A stretch of 50,515 nucleotides of DNA from Planctomycetota bacterium (GCA_043819695.1 JBDREM010000360.1:1-50515), one strand, 5' to 3'; shown: positions 10,433-21,085, numbered from the stretch's first letter. Made by a program: numbers and translations. The notes: generated by a model not told the origin, from the letters alone.

Positions 10433-13400
10433 ATGGGCAGCAAGAACAAGAAAGAGAAGAAGGACGAGGCGGGCGAGCGGGACAAGCAGAGGCCGCCCGG
10501 GGCCGGGGAGAAGAAGCGTGAAACGCGGCGAAAGGCGAAGAAGAGACGGCGGCGCCTGATCGCGTTCCTTGCCCTTGTCCTCGCCGTCATCGGCCTTCTT
10601 ATTCTTCACGCCCGGCTACCGCGCATCGCCAAGGGGGCGCTGGAGAAGGCGCTGCCGGTCCTGGCCGACGTCGGCAAGGCGTCGTTCTCGTGGCCCGGCA
10701 CAATCACGATCGAGGACGTCACCCTCCGCCGGACGTCCGACAAGAGCCAGCTATGCTCGATCAAGCGGATCGTGGCCCGGTGCCGTTTGCGGGGCCTGCT
10801 GGCCGCGCGGGTCGGGCTTGATTCCCTCGAGATCGAGAACGTGCTCCTTTCGCTCAGGCGAGGCGACGACAGCCTGCTCAGGGGCACGGGCCGCGTGCCC
10901 GACCACACGATCCAGGTGAAGGGGCTGTCGGCGCAGATTTCGCGGGAAGAGGGGGAAGGTCCGGGCCCCTGGCTCGACGTGTCGGGCGTGGCGGCGGTCT
11001 TGCAGCCGCAGGCGTCGGGCTGCATGAGCATCGAGGGCTCGGGCTCGAATTCCGCAATGGGCCGGTTCCGCCTGACCGGCATCTTGGGCGGGAAGGTGCT
11101 CGAAAGCCGGGTCGCCGCGACGTTCCCGCGCGTCCCGATCGGGCCGGACGTCCGCGGCATTCTGCCCAAAGAAGCGGCGGACCTTGTGGCAAAGCTCGAG
11201 CCGGCCGGCGAGGCCGAGCTGACCGCGGAGCTGTTCGTGCCGCGCGAACGGAAGAAGGCTGGCGCGGGTCTCGACGTGAGGTGGCGGCTGTCGCTGAACG
11301 GCGTTTCGCTGAAGCTCCCTCAGCTTTCGGACCGGATAACGGGCATCAAGGCGACCGTCGAGGGTACGGCGAAGGATTTCGTCGTGACCGACGCGACGGG
11401 GAGCTATCAGTCGGCGCTGCTCTCGTGCCGGGCCCACTCCCTGCCGGCCGATGGTTCGGTCGGGCTGATGGTCCGCGCCCAGGGGCGCGATCTGCGGCCG
11501 GCGCCCGACATCTTCAAGCTGCTGCCGCCGAAGGTGCGGAAGGAAGTCGAGCGGCTGCACATCGGCGGCGGCCGGTTCGACCTCGACCTCGAGCTGCGGC
11601 TCCCGTCTCTCGGGAAGCAGGCCGACGGCTCGCCGCCGAAAGCCGATTTCGTCCGGGCCGACCTCAGCCTGCGCGACTGCTCGGCCACGCCGGAGTGGTT
11701 CCCGTACAAGCTCGAGAAGATCACCGGCAAGCTCAGCATCGGGCTCGACGAGTTGGTCGTCACCGGCCCGCTGGTCGGCTGGCACGGCGCCGGCCGCATC
11801 AGAATGACGGGGACGATCGGCGTGAGCGAGGAGCGCGCATACTCCGAGATCGTCGTCGAGGCGAAGAACCTCGACGTCGGCGCCGGCCTCGATAAGGCCA
11901 TCGGCGCCCTGGGGCCGCAGACGCTCAAGACGTGGCGAAGTTACTCGCTGAAGGGCGGCACGGTCGACGCCGAGTTGAACATCCGGGGGTCGCTCGCCAA
12001 GGGCGCCGAGCGTGACTGGGCCGTCCGGCTGTCGTTCGACGGCTGCTCCGGCGCGTTCGGCGGCTTCCCCTACGCGCTGACCGGCCTGACGGGCCAGGTG
12101 GACATTGGGCCGACGCGCGTGTTCGTCAAGAACCTGACCGGCTGGCACGGGGATGCGACCGTCCGCATTTCGGGTTGGGCGGACGCGCGCCGCGACCGCA
12201 ACGAGATGAACATCCACGTCTGCGGCACGAACGTGCTGCTGGATGATGGCCTGGCGGCGGCGCTGCGGCCCGAGAACCGGAAGACGTGGGACCGGTTCCG
12301 CCCGTCGGGCGTCGCCGACATCGACGTGGTCCTGTCGACGCCCACCAGGAAGGACGCCGGCGTCGACGTGCGGTTGAGCGTTCTCCTGAAGGGTTGTTCC
12401 GCGCGGGCGCCCGCGGGCGAGAAATGGGTGCCGCTGGCCGACATCACCGGCCGCCTCGAGGCGTTCGGAGACGTCGTCCGCCTGACCGGCTTCAAGGCGA
12501 AGTGCCTCGACGGCCGAGCCGTCATCGACATGACCGCCATCGAGGCGGACGGCCTGACAAAGCTCCAGGGCGAGCTGGCCGGCGTCGGCCTCTCCGCCGA
12601 GAAGCTGATCGGGCTGCTGCCGGCGGACGCCGCCAGGAAGACCTCGTTCCTTGCGCCCTCGGGCAAGGTCGGGATCGGCAAGCTGAGCTTCGACGTCATC
12701 CAGCGGCCGGGGGAGAAGCCGGACGTGCAGTACCAGTGCGCCGGCGAGCTTCGCGACGCCCGAATCGCCATTCCGATGGCCGATGTGGCCGGCGAGCCGG
12801 ATGATGCGCAGGACGGCCGGCTGGCTCTGTCGGAGATCAGCGGGCGGTTCGATATCGAGAACGAACGCGGGCGCGCGGCGACGGGGACTTTCCGGCTGGA
12901 CCAGGTCCGCCTCCTTCACGGTACGATGCGGAACGTCGCCGGCAGGATCAAGAAGACCGGGCCCGTGTTCGCCCTCGAGGACGTGCGCGGCGAGATGTAC
13001 GGCGGCCGCGTCGAGGCATCGTTCAAGGGAGCGGCCGACTTGCTTTTCTTCACCGGCCACGCTCGCGTGATCGGGATGGACGTAGCGCGGCTGTGCCGCG
13101 AGACCGGCCTGACGAACGAGCGCGTCTGGGGCGACCTGGAGGGGACCGTCCAACTGGGCGGCGAGCGAGTCGTGCGGGAAGGGAAGAAGCCTGTCTGGCG
13201 CCTGGACGGCAGCGGCTCGTTCCAGATCGACCGGGCCAACCTGGGCCGCACGCCGCTCGTCAGGAGCATCTTCAGCTACAAGAGCTTCCTGCTCGGCGCG
13301 GAATCGGTGGTCGAGGGCGCCAAGCTCGATTTCGAGATCGATTCCAGGCAGCTCAAGATCCACAAGATGGAGTTGAGCGGGCCGGCGGTCCGCACCCGCG

Positions 13401-13705
13401 GGGTCGGAACGGTCGATTACGGCAAGGACCCGAAACTCGACCTTTATTTCTACCGGAAGCGCAAGGGCAGCCTGCTGCCCAACCTGCCGGTCGTCGAGCT
13501 CGTCGGCAAGGGCCTGGGCTGGGTCGTGGAGAAGGTCCAGAACCAGATCGTTGTCGTGCGCGTGACCGGTACGCTCAAGGACCCCAAGGTCTCGGGGGTG
13601 GTGCTGAAGGATGCCGGCGAGCAAGTCGGGCGGCTTATCATCTTCAACCTCTGGGAGCAGCAGAAAGCGGAGACGACGAAAGGCGAGGACGAGGCAGGCG
13701 ATTGA
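10433..13705 (+). CDS. Large (1090 aa) membrane-anchored envelope protein, AsmA/TamB-like (function uncertain)
   Basis: AAGGAG RBS. The N-terminus is Lys/Arg-rich and is followed by one TM helix (LIAFLALVLAVIGLLILH). The rest is a long beta-rich repetitive body with a charged C-terminal tail. The family assignment rests on architecture only. Confidence 0.7.
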   Translation: MGSKNKKEKKDEAGERDKQRPPGAGEKKRETRRKAKKRRRRLIAFLALVLAVIGLLILHARLPRIAKGALEKALPVLADVGKASFSWPGTITIEDVTLRRTSDKSQLCSIKRIVARCRLRGLLAARVGLDSLEIENVLLSLRRGDDSLLRGTGRVPDHTIQVKGLSAQISREEGEGPGPWLDVSGVAAVLQPQASGCMSIEGSGSNSAMGRFRLTGILGGKVLESRVAATFPRVPIGPDVRGILPKEAADLVAKLEPAGEAELTAELFVPRERKKAGAGLDVRWRLSLNGVSLKLPQLSDRITGIKATVEGTAKDFVVTDATGSYQSALLSCRAHSLPADGSVGLMVRAQGRDLRPAPDIFKLLPPKVRKEVERLHIGGGRFDLDLELRLPSLGKQADGSPPKADFVRADLSLRDCSATPEWFPYKLEKITGKLSIGLDELVVTGPLVGWHGAGRIRMTGTIGVSEERAYSEIVVEAKNLDVGAGLDKAIGALGPQTLKTWRSYSLKGGTVDAELNIRGSLAKGAERDWAVRLSFDGCSGAFGGFPYALTGLTGQVDIGPTRVFVKNLTGWHGDATVRISGWADARRDRNEMNIHVCGTNVLLDDGLAAALRPENRKTWDRFRPSGVADIDVVLSTPTRKDAGVDVRLSVLLKGCSARAPAGEKWVPLADITGRLEAFGDVVRLTGFKAKCLDGRAVIDMTAIEADGLTKLQGELAGVGLSAEKLIGLLPADAARKTSFLAPSGKVGIGKLSFDVIQRPGEKPDVQYQCAGELRDARIAIPMADVAGEPDDAQDGRLALSEISGRFDIENERGRAATGTFRLDQVRLLHGTMRNVAGRIKKTGPVFALEDVRGEMYGGRVEASFKGAADLLFFTGHARVIGMDVARLCRETGLTNERVWGDLEGTVQLGGERVVREGKKPVWRLDGSGSFQIDRANLGRTPLVRSIFSYKSFLLGAESVVEGAKLDFEIDSRQLKIHKMELSGPAVRTRGVGTVDYGKDPKLDLYFYRKRKGSLLPNLPVVELVGKGLGWVVEKVQNQIVVVRVTGTLKDPKVSGVVLKDAGEQVGRLIIFNLWEQQKAETTKGEDEAGD

Positions 13706-13732
13706 GCAGGTCCGCGCAGCGGGACTGTACGG

Positions 13733-16700
13733 ATGCGGAAAAGCATCATCTACGCACTCTTGGGCTCCGTGGTCGTTCTGACGATCGCCGCCGTGGTCCG
13801 CCTGTATCTTTCAGACGGGCATCCCCCGGCCTCGTCCTTGCTTTGGCAGAGCGAATCTGAGCTGCCTGTCGACCTGAGCGGGCTGTTCAACAACGACGGC
13901 GTCGCGTCTGCCGTCGATCCGTCCGACACGAACTTCGACTGCCCGGATCACCCCCCGGAGATCCCGGGCTCCGGCTACCCGGCGGAACATCTGCCCGCGA
14001 GCGGCATTGCCTTTAATGTGCCCGAGGCCGGCAGAACGTTCCTGTTCCCCGTCGTGACGTCGAGAGAGAGGAACAACGTCGAGTGCCAGGGCCAGCGGAT
14101 CGCGGTTGCGCCGCAGGTTCCCCCGGCCGATGGGAGGGTGTGCCGCGAAATTGCTGTGCTTGGCGCCGCGGAGAACGGCGCGGCTTCGGCGGACGTCGAA
14201 CTCGAATATGAGGACGGCTCGACGGAATCCGTCGAGTTGTCCTTTCCCGACTGGTGCGCCGAGCCGGCCGCCGGCGAGATCGTCGCGGCCGCCGCGCCGT
14301 GCCGCTACACGTGGGACATGGCCGAGCAGAAGAACGTCGAGCAGAAGATCGCTTGCCGCCTGTATGTGCGGCGGCTGCCCGTGGATACCCGGCGGATCCT
14401 CGCGGCCGTCGTGCTGCCCGAACGGCCGAACCTCCACATCTTTGCGATGACGCTCGCGGTCAGCGTTCCCGGCGGCGACGTGGCGCGTCGCGGCAACGCG
14501 GTCGCGATGCAATATCGCGAGAGCGCACGGATCGCCAAGGCGCCGGCGGCGGACCTGAAGGGGCCGGTCGAGGCGCTTGCCGACCGGCTGAGAATCGCAG
14601 AGCAACGTGTGGCCCCCGAGTACAAGCGGCAGTTGGTGTGGCTGAGAACCCAGTACGAGCACCTGGTTTACAAGCTCCGCGGGCGCGTTGTGCGCAGCGG
14701 CTCGACGGCCGAAGGCTGGGCGCTCGAGACCGTGGCCGGCATCCGGTCGGACATCGATGCGCTGCTCCGACGAACCGACCCGTTCCGGCGGCGGCGCGGC
14801 CACATCCTGAAGGGCTACGTCTCCGAGATCGACGGACAGGTCCAGCCGTATGCGGTCTATGTCCCGGGCCAATACGCGGAGGGCACCCCCTCGCCACTCG
14901 TCGTCCACATGCACGGCCACGGCTGGTACAAGCCGTTCCAGTGCGTCCCGACGTATCCGTTCCGGGACGCCGTGGTCGTCAGCCCCCACGGCCGGGGGAG
15001 CATCGACTACATGTTCGTCGCCGAGGAAGACGTGCTGGCGTGCATCGACGAAGCGAAGAAGGACTACACGATCGATGCTGACCGGGTGTACCTGCTCGGC
15101 AGTTCGATGGGCGGGACGGGGTGCTGGAGCCTGGCGACGAAGTACCCGAGCCGGTTTGCGGCGATCGGCCCGGTCGCGGGGAACGCCGACAGCAAGGCGT
15201 GGGAAGCAGTTGCCGGCGCGGGTGGGGCCGGCGGCCTCGCGTACGACGGGCTCCGCTCGTTCCTCAGAGAGTCGCTCGACCCCGTGACCTACGCCGGGAA
15301 CCTGCTACACGTGTCCGCGTACTTCCTGCACGGCGATGACGACGAGGTCGTGCCCGTCGGCAACAGCCGGTCGATGGCAAGGGCTCTCGCCGCGGCCGGC
15401 TGCCGGCACGCGTATCGCGAAGGCAGGGGCGGCGGGCACGGCTGGCGGCCGGACAAGGTGATCGCCGCGCAGCACGACTTCATCTTCGGTTCGCGCCGGA
15501 GCCGGCGGCCCGAGCGCGTGCGCCTGAAGGCTGCGTATCTCAAGTATGGCCGCGCCGATTGGATTCGCATCGTGCGGCTGGCACGGCGCGACCGCTTCGG
15601 CGAGGTTGCGGCCGACGTGCGGGACGGCCAGCTCATCGACGTCAAACTGAGAAACGTCAGCGCGGTCGAGATCGACCTGAATCGGTGCCCGGTCGATGTC
15701 CGCGAGGCCGTCGTCATCACGATCGACGGAGAACGCGTGTTCAGCGCCGTGCCGCTGCGCACGCGCCTGGCGCGGCTCGAGCGCAGCGGCTCGCGCTGGC
15801 AACTGGTGAGCGCCTGGCGCGGCCCGCGCAAGAAACCGTACCTCGAAGGCCCCGTCAGCGACGCTTACACGCGAAGCTTTCTGGTCGTCATCGGGACGAG
15901 GAGCGCAGACGCAGCGGACCGGCGCATCGTGCGCGAGGAGGCCGAGCGCTTCGCCGCCGACTGGAAGCTGCTGTACACCAGGCCGCCGCGGGTGAAAGCG
16001 GACCAGGACGTGAACGGCGACGACATCGCCCGGCACAACCTTATTCTCTACGGCGGGCCGCAGGACAACTCGGTCACCGCGCGCATTGCCGGCCGTCTTC
16101 CGATCGAGGTGGCGAACGGCGCGGTGCGCGTCGGCGGCCGCTCGTACGCGGGGCCGGGCGTCGCCGTCAAGTTCTGTTACCCCAATCCGCTCAACCCCGA
16201 GCGCCTCGTCGTGATCGTTGCCGGCGCGAGCCGGGGGCGCGATGTGTTTCAGTCCAATAATCTCTTCGGCAACTGGTTCCAGTGGGGGCCATACGACAAC
16301 CGCGCGTGGTTCGACTACGCGGTGTTCGACGACAAGACGAGGTCCGCCGAGACTTGCATCGAGTTCGGGTTCTTCGATGACAACTGGCAGCTCTGCTCTG
16401 AGACGACCTGGTTCGGGGACCCGGCGGCGCGGCGCGCGGCGCTCGGCCGCCGGATCCCCACGCTGCTCCGGCCGCCGGACAGGGACGTCGTGCACCTGAG
16501 CGACCTGGCCGCGGTCTCCATCGAGCAGCACAAGCTGCCCGTCGGCTTCGACACGAGCGCGAAGGGACGGGCTCTGAGCATCGGCGTTCCACGGCGTGTT
16601 TTCCGGCGCGGGCTGGGCGTGCGGCCACCGTCGAAGATGGTCTTTGCCGTCAGCCGCGCCGGCTCGACGGAGTCCGGGCGCTTCACAAGCTTCCGGGCGA

Positions 16701-16972
16701 CCGTCGGAATCGATCTGGAGGACGCCGACGAGGTCGCCCTGTGGCGCGGCAGGAACGAGTGGGTGAAGTTCCTCGTGTACGGCGACGGGCGCCTGCTTCA
16801 CCAGACCGCCCCGTTAAGATGGCGATCGAAGCCGGTTGACATCGACGTGCCGATTTCGGGCGTCGAGCGGCTCGAACTTGAGACGGCGTGCCCGAACGCC
16901 CGGTGGCTTGTCGGCAGTGCGGCGTGGGCGGACGCGCGGATAATCCGCGCGGGCGCTGCCAATAACAAGTAA
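13733..16972 (+). CDS. Large (1079 aa) secreted or anchored protein: alpha/beta-hydrolase (esterase/peptidase S9-like) core plus C-terminal NPCBM-like carbohydrate-binding module
   Basis: The N-terminus has a signal/anchor segment. A GxSxG nucleophile elbow (LLGSSMGGTGCWSL) and HGDDDEVVP are present. The C-terminal ~165 aa (about 16445-16972) match the NPCBM pattern (HLSDL...RGLGV...FRATVGIDLED...VKFLVYGDGRLL...ERLELE). Confidence 0.75.
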   Translation: MRKSIIYALLGSVVVLTIAAVVRLYLSDGHPPASSLLWQSESELPVDLSGLFNNDGVASAVDPSDTNFDCPDHPPEIPGSGYPAEHLPASGIAFNVPEAGRTFLFPVVTSRERNNVECQGQRIAVAPQVPPADGRVCREIAVLGAAENGAASADVELEYEDGSTESVELSFPDWCAEPAAGEIVAAAAPCRYTWDMAEQKNVEQKIACRLYVRRLPVDTRRILAAVVLPERPNLHIFAMTLAVSVPGGDVARRGNAVAMQYRESARIAKAPAADLKGPVEALADRLRIAEQRVAPEYKRQLVWLRTQYEHLVYKLRGRVVRSGSTAEGWALETVAGIRSDIDALLRRTDPFRRRRGHILKGYVSEIDGQVQPYAVYVPGQYAEGTPSPLVVHMHGHGWYKPFQCVPTYPFRDAVVVSPHGRGSIDYMFVAEEDVLACIDEAKKDYTIDADRVYLLGSSMGGTGCWSLATKYPSRFAAIGPVAGNADSKAWEAVAGAGGAGGLAYDGLRSFLRESLDPVTYAGNLLHVSAYFLHGDDDEVVPVGNSRSMARALAAAGCRHAYREGRGGGHGWRPDKVIAAQHDFIFGSRRSRRPERVRLKAAYLKYGRADWIRIVRLARRDRFGEVAADVRDGQLIDVKLRNVSAVEIDLNRCPVDVREAVVITIDGERVFSAVPLRTRLARLERSGSRWQLVSAWRGPRKKPYLEGPVSDAYTRSFLVVIGTRSADAADRRIVREEAERFAADWKLLYTRPPRVKADQDVNGDDIARHNLILYGGPQDNSVTARIAGRLPIEVANGAVRVGGRSYAGPGVAVKFCYPNPLNPERLVVIVAGASRGRDVFQSNNLFGNWFQWGPYDNRAWFDYAVFDDKTRSAETCIEFGFFDDNWQLCSETTWFGDPAARRAALGRRIPTLLRPPDRDVVHLSDLAAVSIEQHKLPVGFDTSAKGRALSIGVPRRVFRRGLGVRPPSKMVFAVSRAGSTESGRFTSFRATVGIDLEDADEVALWRGRNEWVKFLVYGDGRLLHQTAPLRWRSKPVDIDVPISGVERLELETACPNARWLVGSAAWADARIIRAGAANNK

Positions 16973-16985
16973 GACGGGAGATTCG

Positions 16986-17675
16986 CTACACGGACAGCCC
17001 GGGCGGCCGGTCTGCGCATTCGCGTTCGACGTATTCGTTGACGATGCGGACGATCTCGCCGGGATCTTCGGTGAAGGTGATAAGCTTGCGCTCCTCTTCG
17101 TCGAAGTAACCGTTCTTCACGCCCCGCCCGAGCCAGTCGTAGAGCCCGCCCCAGTATTCCGCCCCGGCCATGATCACGGGAACCTTGTACGACCGCCTGG
17201 TCTGGATCAGTGTGAGCGCGGTGAAGCACTCGTCGAGCGTGCCGTAGCCGCCGGGCATGATGACGAACGCATGGGCGTACTTGACGAACATCACTTTGCG
17301 CGTGAAGAAGTACCGGAAGTCGAGCGAGACGTTGGCGTATGGGTTGGGCGCCTGTTCCATGGGGAGGCCGATGTTGAGCGCGACGGACGTGCCGCCGGCG
17401 TCGTGCGCGCCCTTGTTCGCGGCCTCCATGATGCCCGGGCCGCCGCCCGAGATGACGGCGTACCCCGCCCTGGCAAGGGCCTCGGCGATCCGGACGGTCA
17501 GCTCGTAATACTTGTCGCCGGGCTCGGTCCGGGCCGAGCCGTAGATGCTGACGGCCGGGCCGATCTGGGCCATCGTCTCGAACCCGTCGACCAGCTCGGA
17601 CATGACGCGGAAGATGCGCCAGGTGTCGTCGAGCTCCAACGCGGCCCGCGGGCCGGGTTTCTTTGGTGTGGTCAT
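16986..17675 (-). CDS. LOG-family (TIGR00730) Rossmann-fold nucleotide-binding protein
   Basis: Signature blocks GGGPGIMEA and PGGYGTLDE. The ATG at 17675 (MTTPKKPG) is preferred over the ORF-track start at 17897, which overlaps yebC. This start forms an ATGA overlap with the yebC stop. Confidence 0.88.
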   Translation of the reverse strand: MTTPKKPGPRAALELDDTWRIFRVMSELVDGFETMAQIGPAVSIYGSARTEPGDKYYELTVRIAEALARAGYAVISGGGPGIMEAANKGAHDAGGTSVALNIGLPMEQAPNPYANVSLDFRYFFTRKVMFVKYAHAFVIMPGGYGTLDECFTALTLIQTRRSYKVPVIMAGAEYWGGLYDWLGRGVKNGYFDEEERKLITFTEDPGEIVRIVNEYVERECADRPPGLSV

Positions 17676-18418
17676 GTTATTTCCGCCACAAGTTCTGCCG
17701 GGATTTCGAAGCTGGCCGAAACGTTGGAGACGTCGTCGTGGTCTTCGAGCGCCTCCATCAGCTTGAGTATCTTGCGGGCGTCGTCGAGCGAGGGCTTGAC
17801 GTTCTGCGAGGCGACGTTCGTCATCTCGGCGGTCTCGGGCGTGACGCCGTTGTCGGTGAGCGCCTGCCGCACGTCGCTGAAGGCGGAGGGATCGCACGTG
17901 ATCTCGTAGACGTCTTCGAGCTTTGTGAGGTCCTCGGCGCCGGCCTCGAGGATGATGTCGAGAAGCTTGTCCTCCTCGGCCGCGTCGAGCTTGACCGAGA
18001 TGACGCCCTTCTTCTCGAACATCCAGGCGACGGTTCCGGGCCCGCCGAGCGTGCCGCCGGCCGCTTCGAAGATGTGGCGAATGTCGGCCGCGGTGCGGTT
18101 GCGGTTGTCGGTGAGCGTTTCGACCATCAGGGCGACGCCCGCGGGGCCGTAGCCCTCATACACGACGACGTCGAGGCTGGCGCCGTCGAGTTCGCCGGTG
18201 CCCTTCAGGATGGCGCGGTCGATCTTGTCCTTGGGCATGTTGACAGAGCGCGCGTCATCGATGGCGTAGCGGAGCGAGAGGTTCATGTCGGGGTCGCCGC
18301 CGCCGGTGCGCGCGGCCGACATTATCAGCTTGGCGCACTTCGAGAACACCCTCCCCTTCTTGGCGTCGACTGAGCCCTTCTTCCGCCTGATCGTTGCCCA
18401 GTGTGAGTGTCCGGACAT
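17672..18418 (-). CDS. yebC: YebC/PmpR-family DNA-binding transcriptional regulator
   Basis: The 248-aa product starts MSGHSHWATIRRKKGSVDAKKGRVFSK, the canonical YebC N-terminus. The 486-aa ORF in the track is an upstream read-through extension across the TPR gene. Confidence 0.93.
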   Translation of the reverse strand: MSGHSHWATIRRKKGSVDAKKGRVFSKCAKLIMSAARTGGGDPDMNLSLRYAIDDARSVNMPKDKIDRAILKGTGELDGASLDVVVYEGYGPAGVALMVETLTDNRNRTAADIRHIFEAAGGTLGGPGTVAWMFEKKGVISVKLDAAEEDKLLDIILEAGAEDLTKLEDVYEITCDPSAFSDVRQALTDNGVTPETAEMTNVASQNVKPSLDDARKILKLMEALEDHDDVSNVSASFEIPAELVAEIT

Positions 18419-18438
18419 GTGCGGCTCCGATCCGAGTG

Positions 18439-20193
18439 TTACCTGGCCGGTTCGAGTTTGTCGAGCTTCTCGCGGACGCCCTTGAGCTTGGGGTCGAACT
18501 CGAGCGACCGCAGCCAATGCTCCTTCGCCTTTTCCGGCTGGCCGAGGGCCATGTAGACGTCGCCGAGGTGTTCCCAGATGATGCCTTCGTTGGACAGTTC
18601 CGAGGCGTTCTTGAGCTCGGCCAGGGCGGCCGCCTTGCGGCCCTGCTTGAAGTAGATCCAGCCGAGGCTGTCGAGGTAGTACGGGTTCCTCGGTTCCGAT
18701 TCCAGCGCCTTCCGGACCAGGGCGAGCGCCTCGTCGAGCTTTATGCCACGCTCGGCGTAGTACCAGCCGAGCGCGTTGTTGACCGACGCGTTGTCGGGGA
18801 AGAGCTTCTTTGCTTCGAGCAGGACCTGTTCCGCTTCCTTGTGCCGATCGGCGTCCGCCAAGAGAATGCTCAGGTGGACCCGCCAGCGCGCGGTCTGCGC
18901 AGGCTGGCCGAGCTCGACGGCCTTGCGCAGTTGCTCCACGGCCTCGTCTGTGTTGCCGCGGCGGGCGTGGAAGAAGCCGAGCTCCGCGTGTCCCGCCGCC
19001 TCGAAGCCGGGTACCGCGAGAATCTTCTTCAGGGCGTTTTCTGCCTCGGCGTGTTTTCCTGCGGACTCCAGCACGGCGCTCAGCCTCGCCCGATAAGGCA
19101 CCGAAGCCTTGGGTTCGGCGGCCTTGATGCATTCCTCGAGCTGTGCCGCCGCTTGCTCGAAACGCCCGAGCCTTTCATAGACCGACGCGAGGTGCACCCG
19201 CAAGGCAGACTTCGCGGCCGGATCGTCGATGCCTTCTGCGGCCCGCTTCAGGTAGGGCGCGGCCTGTTTCAGGCGGCCCGCGCTCTCGAGCGCGAGCCCG
19301 ATGTCCCGGCAGCCCTTCGGTGTCGCCTGGTCCGGTGTGTATCGGCCGACGAGCCGGAGCAGCACTTTCTCGCGGAGCTCGCGGGCGATTTCGGCCCGGC
19401 CGGCCTTTTCGGCGAGGGCGGCCGCCTCCTTGAGCAGCGTGGTTTGCTCTCCGGGCCCGTTGCGGTGTCTCATGTATGTCAGCAGCTCGTCGAGCGCCTC
19501 GGGCCACTTGCCGCCGGCCTTGTAGGAGTCGCACAGATCGCGGTGCACCTTGGCATATGTCGGCACGAGCCGCTTCACTTCGAGGAATGTGTCGGCGGCC
19601 TTTGCATGCTGGCCCATCGACCGGCGGAGATAGGCGAGCCGGACGAGTATGTAGACCGGGGCGGGCGACTTCTCGGCGGCCTTGGCGTAGTATTCCGCGG
19701 CCTGTTCGTTCAGCCCGCGGAGCTGCGCGCTGGTCGCAAGGTCAAAGTATGCGCTCGCGATGAGCGCGCGGTTCGCCTCGGCCTCCGGGCTCTTGATGGC
19801 GATGCGAATCTGTTCGGCCGCCTCCTTGTACCGGCCCGCGCGGATGTGCTGCTTGGCGATGCCGTGCCGCGCCCGGAAGTTCTGGGGCGAGAGCTCGAGG
19901 GCCGCGTCGAAGTGCCTCCGGCCGGCGCGCGGGTCGTGCAGCTTCTCGGCGTAGATCGTGCCCAGCCACACGTGGCAGGCGGCTGATTTCGGATCGGCCT
20001 TCAGGGCCTCCTTGAACCATGTGATGGCTTTGACGAAGCGGCCGTGTTGCATCTCGCCCACGCCCATGCAGTACGCGGCATAGGCCTCGGGGGCGACGTC
20101 GCGCAGGCCGTCGGCCGCCGGCGCGCTGCCCCCGGCGAGAAGGACGGCGAAGGCGCAAAGGAGAAGAGCGCACCTCGGACAGGATCGAATCAT
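18439..20193 (-). CDS. Secreted tetratricopeptide-repeat (TPR) protein
   Basis: The signal peptide is MIRSCPRCALLLCAFAVLLAGGSAPA. Many 34-aa TPR-like units follow (A-x3-[FY]-x2-A-[LI]-x-hydrophobic-x-P pattern throughout). Confidence 0.85.
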   Translation of the reverse strand: MIRSCPRCALLLCAFAVLLAGGSAPAADGLRDVAPEAYAAYCMGVGEMQHGRFVKAITWFKEALKADPKSAACHVWLGTIYAEKLHDPRAGRRHFDAALELSPQNFRARHGIAKQHIRAGRYKEAAEQIRIAIKSPEAEANRALIASAYFDLATSAQLRGLNEQAAEYYAKAAEKSPAPVYILVRLAYLRRSMGQHAKAADTFLEVKRLVPTYAKVHRDLCDSYKAGGKWPEALDELLTYMRHRNGPGEQTTLLKEAAALAEKAGRAEIARELREKVLLRLVGRYTPDQATPKGCRDIGLALESAGRLKQAAPYLKRAAEGIDDPAAKSALRVHLASVYERLGRFEQAAAQLEECIKAAEPKASVPYRARLSAVLESAGKHAEAENALKKILAVPGFEAAGHAELGFFHARRGNTDEAVEQLRKAVELGQPAQTARWRVHLSILLADADRHKEAEQVLLEAKKLFPDNASVNNALGWYYAERGIKLDEALALVRKALESEPRNPYYLDSLGWIYFKQGRKAAALAELKNASELSNEGIIWEHLGDVYMALGQPEKAKEHWLRSLEFDPKLKGVREKLDKLEPAR

Positions 20194-20218
20194 CAGGCGG
20201 CGTCCCGCTGTGGAGGAG

Positions 20219-21085
20219 TCAAGGGATCACTTTGTTCAGACTGTACTCTATTATGCCCTGTGCACCGGCCCTTTTCAATTCCGGTATCAGCTCACGCGCG
20301 GCGGGTTCGTCGAGAACCGTCTCGACCGCGAACCAGTTTTCGTCGGCAAGGGGCGATACGGTCGGCGTGTGCAGGGCGGGCAGGAGCTTGACGATCCGGC
20401 CGAGCGACTCCCTCGGAGCGTTCAGCTTGAGGCCGACCTTCGTCCGCGCGACCATCGCGCCCTGAAGCAGAAGCACGATGTTCTCGATCTTCTGCCGCTT
20501 CCACTTGTCGTCCCACGCGGCCTTGTTGGCGATGAACCGCGGGGTCGAGCTGAGGATTTCGGCGACGATCCGCAGCCGGTTGCTCTTCAGGCTGCCGCCG
20601 GTCTCGGTGAGCTCGACGATCGCGTCGACGAGGCCCGCCTTGGCCTCCGTAGATCCCCAGGAGAACTCGACCTTCGCCGAAACGCCCTGCTCGGCCAGGA
20701 ACTTCGTCGTCAGGTTCACGGCTTCGGTCGCGACGACCTTGCCGTCGAGGTCCTTGATATCGCGGACCGGCGACGCCTCCGGCACGGCAACGACCCAGCG
20801 GGCCGGGCGCGAGGTCCGCTTCGAGTATGTGAGCTCGGCGACCTCGACCACGTCGGACCCGTTCTCCATGATCCAGTCGATGCCCGTCAGGCCGGCGTCC
20901 ATCACCCCGTCTGCGACGTACCTCGAGACCTCCTGTGCGCGGAACAGGACAACCTCGATCTCGGGATCGTCGATCGCCGGGTAGTAGGACCGGCCGCTCC
21001 CCCTCAGGTCGAACCCGGCCATTCGCATCAACTGGAACGTTGATTCCTGAAGACTGCCCGAGGGCAGGGCGAGCTTGAGGACCAT
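20219..21085 (-). CDS. hisG: ATP phosphoribosyltransferase, long form
   Basis: [20 protein letters not shown]...[23 protein letters not shown], plus a C-terminal regulatory domain. The 288-aa length fits long-form HisG. Confidence 0.93.
   Translation of the reverse strand: MVLKLALPSGSLQESTFQLMRMAGFDLRGSGRSYYPAIDDPEIEVVLFRAQEVSRYVADGVMDAGLTGIDWIMENGSDVVEVAELTYSKRTSRPARWVVAVPEASPVRDIKDLDGKVVATEAVNLTTKFLAEQGVSAKVEFSWGSTEAKAGLVDAIVELTETGGSLKSNRLRIVAEILSSTPRFIANKAAWDDKWKRQKIENIVLLLQGAMVARTKVGLKLNAPRESLGRIVKLLPALHTPTVSPLADENWFAVETVLDEPAARELIPELKRAGAQGIIEYSLNKVIP

Noticed and set aside
17672-19132. 486-aa ORF; also 32930-34561 (543 aa), 37282-38376 (364 aa) and 2265-3728 (487 aa).
   Set aside because: In each case only the C-terminal part is the real gene (YebC, zinc-ribbon coiled-coil protein, lipoprotein, trigger factor). 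It begins at an internal ATG with a conserved N-terminus. The upstream part overlaps another gene, a tRNA or repeats.
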